From a virus (Duplodnaviria; Caudoviricetes): a stretch of 64,000 nt of DNA. The first letter of the stretch is position 1. Each line of letters begins with the position of its first letter. The notes below the pieces were generated by a model. The model was not told the origin of the DNA, ran no database searches, and saw only the letters and a list, made by a program, of their open reading frames with translations. Below, piece by piece: positions 1 to 6,936 of the stretch. The position numbers and the translations under genes are program-made. Where the stretch lies: the IMG/VR virus record IMGVR_UViG_3300000101_000005. One strand, 5' to 3'.

Positions 1-68
1 TAGCATTCTTGTTCATATGTGCATGGATATGGGGTTCGATCTTAGTGATGATTAATTAATCATTTTGG

Positions 69-97
69 TTGACATCCAGTCATTTTGGATGTATAAT
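69..97 (+). promoter_or_regulatory. sigma70-type early promoter
   Basis: TTGACA(69-74)-17 bp-TATAAT(92-97); GGAGCG RBS before ATG 129. Confidence 0.9.
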
Positions 98-128
98 ATA
101 AGTTATATTACACAATAAAGGAGCGAAT

Positions 129-332
129 ATGTATAGTATGTTTTCAAAAGAAGGTAATGAGTTAGTAGGTCGTATCGTAGATGCAGCCAACAAGCTCAAA
201 TTGCATGATGGTGCCGAGCAGGCATTTGTGTGGGCAGACCACAACTTGACCAAGCTGAGCTATGGTGAAGGCATGGGTGAAGCAACTGATACCGCAGTGA
301 GAGAAGCTGTGTATGAGGCGGTGTGCTCATGA
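129..332 (+). CDS. hypothetical early protein, 67 aa
   Basis: ORF behind consensus promoter and RBS. Confidence 0.75.
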   Translation: MYSMFSKEGNELVGRIVDAANKLKLHDGAEQAFVWADHNLTKLSYGEGMGEATDTAVREAVYEAVCS

Positions 333-589
333 AGAATATTCAAGCATATGTGGACCAGTATAACAGCTGGCAGGCCATCTTTAATGGCAACAAGGTCCTA
401 GACCTAGCATCTAGCGCAGACCGTCACAAGATAGCAGATCGTATCGATTCAGATCTTAGTCCAGAGAATCTACACTGTGATGGTGAGATCAGCCATGCAG
501 AAGCAGAACGCAAGTACAAGCATCTGATGCGATGTGTGCGAGAGCTTCAGAAACTAGATCCTACAGTTAAGTTCTACGAGGCATATTAG
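329..589 (+). CDS. hypothetical phage protein (LSPENLHCDGE motif)
   Basis: ATG 329 overlaps upstream TGA (ATGA coupling). Confidence 0.75.
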   Translation: MKNIQAYVDQYNSWQAIFNGNKVLDLASSADRHKIADRIDSDLSPENLHCDGEISHAEAERKYKHLMRCVRELQKLDPTVKFYEAY

Positions 590-592
590 GGG

Positions 593-621
593 TTGACTTT
601 TATCCAAAATGACCCTATAAT
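593..621 (+). promoter_or_regulatory. sigma70-type early promoter
   Basis: TTGACT-17 bp-TATAAT; AAGGAGCG RBS before ATG 652. Confidence 0.9.
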
Positions 622-651
622 ATATAGTATATTAACAATAAGGAGCGCGAT

Positions 652-1056
652 ATGAATACAGTAACACAAACCCAAACAGTCCTAGCACAGGATCCCAACA
701 ACCTAACAGTGGAAGATATCCAGGATATCGTTGCTGAAGCACGTACAGCAGGAGCAAGTGCGGCAGCCAAGTTCCTAGCAGAATGGAACGAAGGCACAGG
801 CGGCAATGAGTACGGTGAGCCAATGTACTGTGGTTTTGCTTGGATCAACATATATGGTATTAAAGGCAATACCAAGTTGGGCAAAAGGTTTAAGGCAGCA
901 GGTGTAGAACGTAGCTATGATGGTAGCCTACAGATATACAACCCAAGTGGGCATAGAGGCCAGAGCATGGACGTTAAAGAAGCGGGCGCAGAAGCAGCCG
1001 CTAACGTGTTCACCAAGTATGGTTTCAAGTGTTATGCAGGGTCAAGAGCTGACTAA
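652..1056 (+). CDS. hypothetical phage protein (CGFAW motif), 134 aa
   Basis: ORF with promoter and RBS. Confidence 0.8.
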   Translation: MNTVTQTQTVLAQDPNNLTVEDIQDIVAEARTAGASAAAKFLAEWNEGTGGNEYGEPMYCGFAWINIYGIKGNTKLGKRFKAAGVERSYDGSLQIYNPSGHRGQSMDVKEAGAEAAANVFTKYGFKCYAGSRAD

Positions 1057-1076
1057 TAAAGCATTAGAATTAGGGG

Positions 1077-1105
1077 TTGACAACAGCCCCTTTTTCTCGT
1101 ATAGT
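1077..1105 (+). promoter_or_regulatory. sigma70-type early promoter
   Basis: TTGACA-17 bp-TATAGT; GGAGCG RBS before ATG 1136. Confidence 0.85.
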
Positions 1106-1135
1106 ATACTTAACAATTAACAAATGGAGCGAACA

Positions 1136-1339
1136 ATGAAAACAATAGTAAATGGAACAGCAGGCTTATTAATCATACTGGGCATAATGGCTATGGCCGG
1201 TAGTGCTAATGACTGTGATGGAGCATGTATGGAGACAGCTAACACACTGGGCGAGATGTTAATAGTGGCCAGCATTGGATTGGCAATGACACTGTTTGGT
1301 GGTATGATCTTGTTAGTAAACGGTAATGAGAATGCATAA
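1136..1339 (+). CDS. small membrane protein with two hydrophobic segments
   Basis: Start reassigned to ATG 1136, after GGAGCG; hydrophobic N- and C-terminal helices. Confidence 0.7.
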   Translation: MKTIVNGTAGLLIILGIMAMAGSANDCDGACMETANTLGEMLIVASIGLAMTLFGGMILLVNGNENA

Positions 1340-1526
1340 GCTATTAGTAGTCCTAGTCAGTGCTATGTGCTTGGGTGCATGTAGCACCATGGATGCACCC
1401 TACGACCCTAACATATATAAGGGCGAGACACTGTTTGAACAGATCCCCAACAACACAGATGAGTCACACTGTGCTGGACACTTGCCACAAGCAGAGCGCA
1501 AGAGCTGGCAGACAGGACGTTGCTAG
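1326..1526 (+). CDS. putative small lipoprotein
   Basis: Signal peptide with LGA-C lipobox. Confidence 0.6.
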   Translation: MRMHKLLVVLVSAMCLGACSTMDAPYDPNIYKGETLFEQIPNNTDESHCAGHLPQAERKSWQTGRC

Positions 1527-1727
1527 ATGTACAGAGTCTACTACACAGCAGACACAGTAGAGCAGTACGAAGGCTTCTACGAAACACAAGAAGAAGCTGA
1601 GGAGGTAGCACTGCATGCCTCAGAAGAATACGATGCGGAACGTGTTGAGGTTCGCGATCGTTTTGATAATATTATTTTTGTCATCGATGATGAGGCGGTG
1701 GTCATAGAAGAGGCGACCGGTATATAG
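1527..1727 (+). CDS. small acidic hypothetical protein
   Basis: Starts immediately after upstream TAG; Glu-rich. Confidence 0.6.
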   Translation: MYRVYYTADTVEQYEGFYETQEEAEEVALHASEEYDAERVEVRDRFDNIIFVIDDEAVVIEEATGI

Positions 1728-1906
1728 CTGTGTGTAGCGTAGCTGTTTTTTAAAGGCTAGTGGTCTAGAATCACCACCCAGAAATGATAAGTACTTCACC
1801 ACAATTTTTCGCGCTGCAAATTTTTTGACCTGTAGACCCATTTCGGGCTATCCAACAACACACAGTCACTCTAACCAACAATTGGCACACACTGCATTCT
1901 ACTCTG

Positions 1907-1912
1907 TAAATA
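1907..1912 (+). promoter_or_regulatory. late-type promoter TAAATA, 5 nt before ATG
   Basis: TAAATA-CAGTA-ATG(1918). Confidence 0.6.
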
Positions 1913-1917
1913 CAGTA

Positions 1918-2145
1918 ATGCACACAGTAACACTACAGTTTAAGGATGACTCAAAGTCATATCAGTATAAAGATGCTATAACGCACACAGCCAGCATACA
2001 CTTACTGCTAAAGGGCATACACACCAGTCAACCCACAGCTAATACGCTTACACTACACGATGACGCACAACTAGTACAAACACTGCTGTTACTCAGCAAC
2101 TCACCGTTGTATGACGCTGTATGCGCTTCTAAGACACCTAAATAG
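1918..2145 (+). CDS. hypothetical protein, 75 aa
   Basis: Start reassigned to ATG 1918 by the TAAATA-N5-ATG pattern. Confidence 0.6.
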   Translation: MHTVTLQFKDDSKSYQYKDAITHTASIHLLLKGIHTSQPTANTLTLHDDAQLVQTLLLLSNSPLYDAVCASKTPK

Positions 2146-2306
2146 TACGCTATAATCGTTTGTATGCTAAATAATACTGTAACAAATGAATATGGATCAC
2201 ATGTAATCAAAATAAGTGCATTGTGCTTCGAAGAGTAAGCTATATAGAAACTAGTGCATGATAGAACATTCAGCTTGTTACACTTTATAAGCGTAGGAGA
2301 TACAAT

Positions 2307-2561
2307 ATGCCCGTAAACGTACATACACATGTATTAGCAATGGCTCGCAACAAGACTACAGGACAAACTGTCAAAGAACAGGATCTTACTGGACATAGGT
2401 TTTTAAACAACCTTAAAGGAAAAGATTGGTGTCAACAGGTAGCTGATAAACTAGCAGCACGTATGGACAATCGTGAACCAGGTGGTTGGGAAAGCATAGT
2501 ACATCCTTACACGCCAGGCGTAAACGTACTGATCAACACACGCACATTCAAAACAAAATAA
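2307..2561 (+). CDS. hypothetical protein, 84 aa
   Basis: AGGAGA RBS upstream. Confidence 0.75.
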   Translation: MPVNVHTHVLAMARNKTTGQTVKEQDLTGHRFLNNLKGKDWCQQVADKLAARMDNREPGGWESIVHPYTPGVNVLINTRTFKTK

Positions 2562-2618
2562 ATTCACACAGGCAGTACACTAGGTGAAACTCTAGTGAAC
2601 AGTCAAGAGGTCAGTGAT

Positions 2619-2716
2619 ATCGCTACCGTTTTGCTGCGCTATCGCTACGCTGCTTCGCAGCTTCTTTAAAAATCGCTAACTGCTTCGCAGCTTTTTGAGC
2701 TTACCGCTTCGCGGCT
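2619..2716. repeat. imperfect tandem repeat with three GC-TTC-GC hairpins
   Basis: ATCGCTA at 2619, 2641, 2672; GCTGC-TTC-GCAGC 2649-2661, CTGC-TTC-GCAG 2680-2690, CCGC-TTC-GCGG 2704-2714. Confidence 0.8.
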
Positions 2717-3000
2717 ATGCGTTTGATGAGTAGAGGAAGATACACGCTCACAGCAACGAATCCCCAGAACACAGCCAGCACTGTCGCATAGAACTTCCAA
2801 TTGGTGTAGTCCAGTGCAATGCCAATGGAGACACCGCCAATCCAACAGTAGTCCAGTGTTGCGTGTATGCGTTTCCAGCGATCGCCCAGTGTGTCTATAA
2901 GATGTTGTCTTTTACGTGCAAACCAAGGGTGTACATGTCGCATTATAACGAACCCTTCGTTGAGTACCATAATTGTAAAGCCTATCCAAAATATTATCAT
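2701..3000 (-). CDS. membrane protein
   Basis: Start ATG 3000 (MIIFW) overlaps upstream TGA; hydrophobic helices. Confidence 0.7.
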   Translation of the reverse strand: MIIFWIGFTIMVLNEGFVIMRHVHPWFARKRQHLIDTLGDRWKRIHATLDYCWIGGVSIGIALDYTNWKFYATVLAVFWGFVAVSVYLPLLIKRIAAKR

Positions 3001-3350
3001 TGTATCACCTGCTGTGCAATAACCATCATGCTCAGCCATATCCATAGTGTATTGAATCCAACCAACGTGGGCAGCAGCTTCTTGTTACTGGCCCATATTA
3101 ACGTTAGGCTTGTAAAAAGTGCTACGAAATAGAACTGCCAAATTTGAATGCCAAATATCAGACCTGGTATGATTATGATGGCCTTGGCTACCCAACTTGC
3201 TGCTTCGATTATATTATAGCTTGTCCAGTATTCTCGAGTGAACCACATAGCATAACAGTCGCGTATGTTCTTCCACCCTACCACTGTGTATATCACGGTT
3301 GTTAGTACAATCCATGCTATAATGGCAAAATAAACTTGTTCGTTTGTCAT
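2997..3350 (-). CDS. multi-pass membrane protein
   Basis: Start ATG 3350 (MTNEQ), preceded by TAAATA-GTAGT; about four hydrophobic helices. Confidence 0.75.
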   Translation of the reverse strand: MTNEQVYFAIIAWIVLTTVIYTVVGWKNIRDCYAMWFTREYWTSYNIIEAASWVAKAIIIIPGLIFGIQIWQFYFVALFTSLTLIWASNKKLLPTLVGFNTLWIWLSMMVIAQQVIQ

Positions 3351-3355
3351 ACTAC

Positions 3356-3361
3356 TATTTA
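3356..3361 (-). promoter_or_regulatory. late-type promoter TAAATA-N5-ATG
   Basis: TAAATA-GTAGT-ATG(3350). Confidence 0.65.
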
Positions 3362-3370
3362 AAATAACAG

Positions 3371-3399
3371 TTGACAACTATAAGCAAATGTGGTATAAT
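3371..3399 (+). promoter_or_regulatory. sigma70-type promoter for the tRNA
   Basis: TTGACA-17 bp-TATAAT with extended -10 TG. Confidence 0.9.
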
Positions 3400-3412
3400 T
3401 ATAGTTATACAG

Positions 3413-3489
3413 GCGGCTATAGCTCAGTTGGATAGAGCGTAGGTTTGCGGAACCTAAGGTCAGGAGTTCGAATCTCTTTAGCCGCGCCA
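3413..3489 (+). tRNA. tRNA-Arg, anticodon GCG, encoded CCA
   Basis: Acceptor GCGGCTA/TAGCCGC; D arm GCTC/GAGC; anticodon arm TAGGT-TTGCGGA-ACCTA (GCG 3447-3449); T arm AGGAG-TTCGAAT-CTCTT; ends GCCA. Confidence 0.95.
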
Positions 3490-3518
3490 TTATTGTATAC
3501 TATAGAGGGGAACCGAAT

Positions 3519-3653
3519 ATGAAAACGTTTAGAAAGTCTCTTAGATTAGCACGTAGCACACAAGCACGTAAAAGAAGAAAACTCACCAAAGATATTGTAG
3601 AAACTGTCACTCAACGCCGATGGGGGCGATTGCGTAAACTACGCAAGGATTAG
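3519..3653 (+). CDS. 44-aa Arg/Lys-rich basic peptide
   Basis: GAGGGG RBS; MKTFRKSLRLARSTQARKRRKLTKDIVETVTQRRWGRLRKLRKD; absent from ORF track. Confidence 0.6.
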   Translation: MKTFRKSLRLARSTQARKRRKLTKDIVETVTQRRWGRLRKLRKD

Positions 3654-3672
3654 TTCTATAAGCCTAATGTAA

Positions 3673-3861
3673 TTAACAATTATTATACATGATAGGGTTT
3701 TGTTTTTCATCTAGTACAAGGTCTCTTGTGTCTTTGTACTGCGCTACCATGACACCTCTACCGCCATTAGATCCTACAAACATGCAGGGTATAACTTGTC
3801 GGTCATTGTGTGTCTTGATATGATGTTTAGTAACAATCCCACGCTTTTTTATTCCAGCCAT
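3673..3861 (-). CDS. hypothetical protein, 62 aa
   Basis: GGA-containing RBS, compact ORF. Confidence 0.65.
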   Translation of the reverse strand: MAGIKKRGIVTKHHIKTHNDRQVIPCMFVGSNGGRGVMVAQYKDTRDLVLDEKQNPIMYNNC

Positions 3862-3885
3862 AAATTCCTTTGACTGTAGTTATGC

Positions 3886-4335
3886 CTAGGCTTTCAATTG
3901 ATAGGCATAATTAACTGAATCGTCATTGATGCGCCATTTAGTAGCACCATTGCGTAGATGAAAACGTTCAGCCATCTCAGTAACAGGACTGAGTGTAACT
4001 AGATTTTTAATTTCAGGTTTGTTGCTTGTGATCCAATCAGAAGCATCAAGTATTAGCTGTCTACCACTACCTTTGCTGTAACTCCATATAGTATAGAATA
4101 TAGCAGTGTCAGCATTCTTATCAGTACTACGATCAGTCATGTCGCTTACACTGTTTGGTATTCCTTTAGTGTAACGTACACAACATATGCTGCCCAAGTA
4201 TTCTTTATCATCATACAGGCCAAACATTTCAGCAGTTTTATTGATACGGTAATCAGCGGTTAAATGTGGTCTAACCGGATCGTCTTTAATAATTTGTGAT
4301 ACCCACTCGTCGCAGGTATTGATAACCTTAAGCAT
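3886..4335 (-). CDS. minimal malonyl-CoA decarboxylase-like (GNAT-fold) protein
   Basis: TAIFYTI, LVTLSP, RFHLRNGA and VNYAY motifs occur in the same order as in the MCD catalytic domain. Confidence 0.7.
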   Translation of the reverse strand: MLKVINTCDEWVSQIIKDDPVRPHLTADYRINKTAEMFGLYDDKEYLGSICCVRYTKGIPNSVSDMTDRSTDKNADTAIFYTIWSYSKGSGRQLILDASDWITSNKPEIKNLVTLSPVTEMAERFHLRNGATKWRINDDSVNYAYQLKA

Positions 4336-4386
4336 CGCGCTCTGTTCCTTGTTCTGTTAATACTATTTAATTATTTTAGTATAGGA

Positions 4387-5094
4387 TTATACTAGTTCTG
4401 GTGCTTGTTCTAGGCTAAGTTGTTCATCCTCTAGTTCACGTATTTCTGTACTAAGTTGATCAATCATTCCTAGGTTACGCAGTTGTTTGAACACAATGTT
4501 TTCTACACTATATTCACCTGCTCTTTCAAGTCCTGCTTTGCGCATTTTGGTTAGCTTTTGTTTTGCTAATCTCATCTTGGGCAAATCTTTTGATATCAAA
4601 GATGCTTCTATATCGTGCTGTATGCTATCTTTCTTTGCTTGTACAGCAGCATCATTGATGTTTGGTTTTACTTTCTTAGGTTCAATTAGCCATGTATTTT
4701 TGCTTAGGCTATACACACCAGTTGAATGATGTGGTTCTTTTGCACCCTGTATATAACACTCTACAGGTAAGTTCTTAATACGTATGTTATGTTCTTCTGC
4801 CCACAATGCTTTCTTTGCATTATATAGTTCTCTTTGTTCGTCACTGGGCATGCCGCGAACAATGATATGTAAATCTAAATCACTATACTCTGTCCATGTA
4901 AAATTTGCATTTGAACCTGTTAGTGTATAGTCTACTACATCTAGTTCTACACCTATAAACTCTTGAAACACTTTTGCAATCTCAATTAGTTTTTCTGTTA
5001 TCTCGGATTTAAGTTCGCCACCGTTCCACAACACTGGATTTAACTTCTTGTTAACAGTCATGGATTCTTCGTTGAGTAGTTCTACAATGCGCAT
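4387..5094 (-). CDS. Pol-beta superfamily nucleotidyltransferase
   Basis: TGSNAN...SDLDLHII motif. Confidence 0.75.
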   Translation of the reverse strand: MRIVELLNEESMTVNKKLNPVLWNGGELKSEITEKLIEIAKVFQEFIGVELDVVDYTLTGSNANFTWTEYSDLDLHIIVRGMPSDEQRELYNAKKALWAEEHNIRIKNLPVECYIQGAKEPHHSTGVYSLSKNTWLIEPKKVKPNINDAAVQAKKDSIQHDIEASLISKDLPKMRLAKQKLTKMRKAGLERAGEYSVENIVFKQLRNLGMIDQLSTEIRELEDEQLSLEQAPELV

Positions 5095-5098
5095 ATTA

Positions 5099-5353
5099 CT
5101 ATTTAGCCCACATTAGGTGATATGTAACAAGCACCTTAGGGTCGTAAAAATCTGCAACAAGACGCTTAACACCATTGCCTTTTACTTCTAACATCAGTTG
5201 AACGTCTTCGGGTTTTTGTTCTAGTAACCAAGTGCAATGGTCTTTACCGATTGCATTTTGTACTCTAGGCCAATCAATATCGTATTGTGCGTCTACAGTT
5301 TGATCTGCAGGAACTGACCATTCAAATATATCTACTTTAGTATTCTTCATCAC
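5099..5353 (-). CDS. hypothetical protein
   Basis: ORF overlapping the helicase stop. Confidence 0.65.
   Translation of the reverse strand: MMKNTKVDIFEWSVPADQTVDAQYDIDWPRVQNAIGKDHCTWLLEQKPEDVQLMLEVKGNGVKRLVADFYDPKVLVTYHLMWAK
5100..5105 (-). promoter_or_regulatory. late-type promoter TAAATA-N5-ATG
   Basis: TAAATA-GTAAT-ATG(5094). Confidence 0.7.
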
Positions 5354-6773
5354 TACCCATGTTCGATAAAATTTCTCTCAGCTTGGTTGATTCTACCTTG
5401 CCTCTAATCTTACCGACCGATGCGCCTTCTGTTGGATCATCAGTGGGTGTGTTGTTTTCGCCTGTGCTTGTTGCTGTTTTTCTTTTAATTGAATCTAGTA
5501 TACTTGAATTGCCTGAACGTTCTCCGTTTGTAGACTCTTGTTCATCTTCATCTATGTCTACAATACGTAGCGTGTCAATGTCAAAGCCTAAATCTACTTT
5601 TTGTCCTACACCACTACTTGAACGTGTTTTCATTAATTGTATTTGATATCTGCCTCTTTCACGCATTGCTCTACTTGTAAAAATACCAAACACATTATCT
5701 GCTGTTTGAATCTTACTAAGTCCACCACTAATGTGTGAATGATCAAACTCTACTTCTTCTACTGCACCTCTATTCAACTGTGCCGCTGTAACAAATACAG
5801 TTTGCAATTCCATTGCTAAGTTACGCAGTTCTTCAGATACATACTTGTCTTTAACAAACAAATTCTCTGCACTAATCTTTTTACCTATTGGCATAAGCAA
5901 GTCTAAGTAGTCTACTAACAATACATCTACTTTCTTACCTGCCTTAATCTCATATTCTTTTAGATACGCTCTAATATCATTAGCAGTCTTTCCACTAGGC
6001 ATATATTTAATCTGCATCATGCCTGCTTTCTTGCCAATCATTTTAACTTTCATTTCTACATCATCAAGATCTTTAAAAATGTTTCTTGTACTAATACCTG
6101 TTACCATACTATCTACACGCATACTAACAAGTGCTTCACTAAGCTCTAGTGTTAAGTAAACAACGTTAAGACCTTCTAATGCAAAGTTAACACCTAAGTT
6201 TGCTAAGAACAAACTCTTACCTGCACCTGATCCACCTGCAAATATATTCAACTCGCCTCTGTTGAACCCGCCAAATAGTTTTCTATCTAAACTATCCCAA
6301 CCAGTTGAAACCTGTCCGTTCTTATCTTTAAGTCCCATAAGTCTTGCTTTAGGATCTAAAAAGTAATCTGTACCCATATCACGTGCTAGACCAATTTGTA
6401 CTGCTTCTTTTACAAGTCCTTCAACTTCGCCATATTCATTTTGTTCTAGCAAGTCAGCACTTTTTAAAATTGCACGTTCTAAACTTTTGTGTCTTGTAAA
6501 ACTTTCGAACTCGTCCATTAGCCAATTTGTGTGTCCTTCTTTGACATCACCTGGATGTTTTAACTCTGTTCTGCAACTTGCATTAACCATATCATAGTCA
6601 GGCAACACGTTATACTCTTTAGTATACATGTTCATAAACTCGGCTGCTTCTTGCAACTTTCTATCAAACAAAGTACTGTCAAAGATACCTTGACACCTAA
6701 CAAATGTTTCTGCATCTGCCAGCATCATTTCCAGATAAACTTTCTGTACTTCGTAATCGTAATTTTTTGCCAT
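5337..6773 (-). CDS. gp41: replicative DnaB/gp41-like helicase
   Basis: Walker A GGSGAGKS, LLVDYLDL, AAQLNRG, QLMKTRSS. Confidence 0.93.
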   Translation of the reverse strand: MAKNYDYEVQKVYLEMMLADAETFVRCQGIFDSTLFDRKLQEAAEFMNMYTKEYNVLPDYDMVNASCRTELKHPGDVKEGHTNWLMDEFESFTRHKSLERAILKSADLLEQNEYGEVEGLVKEAVQIGLARDMGTDYFLDPKARLMGLKDKNGQVSTGWDSLDRKLFGGFNRGELNIFAGGSGAGKSLFLANLGVNFALEGLNVVYLTLELSEALVSMRVDSMVTGISTRNIFKDLDDVEMKVKMIGKKAGMMQIKYMPSGKTANDIRAYLKEYEIKAGKKVDVLLVDYLDLLMPIGKKISAENLFVKDKYVSEELRNLAMELQTVFVTAAQLNRGAVEEVEFDHSHISGGLSKIQTADNVFGIFTSRAMRERGRYQIQLMKTRSSSGVGQKVDLGFDIDTLRIVDIDEDEQESTNGERSGNSSILDSIKRKTATSTGENNTPTDDPTEGASVGKIRGKVESTKLREILSNMGSDEEY

Positions 6774-6922
6774 TACTTTATTAACTCTATTATAATATAA
6801 ATTTGTAAGCCCAAAACAATAATCGGAACAATAGTTCTAATCAATTCCATTGTATGATTATATTCATCTAGCTTTCTCTCAAACTTGTTTCTTTTTCTCT
6901 TAGTCATTTTATCTTCTCTCAT
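6773..6922 (-). CDS. 49-aa peptide with basic N-terminus and C-terminal transmembrane segment
   Basis: MREDKMTKRKRNKFERKLDEYNHTMELIRTIVPIIVLGLQIYIIIELIK; TAA overlaps helicase ATG. Confidence 0.55.
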   Translation of the reverse strand: MREDKMTKRKRNKFERKLDEYNHTMELIRTIVPIIVLGLQIYIIIELIK

Positions 6923-6936
6923 ACGTAATTATGTTA

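Noticed and set aside
2028-2330. 100-aa minus-strand ORF
   Set aside because: Overlaps two plus-strand genes that have promoter or RBS support; no recognisable motifs.
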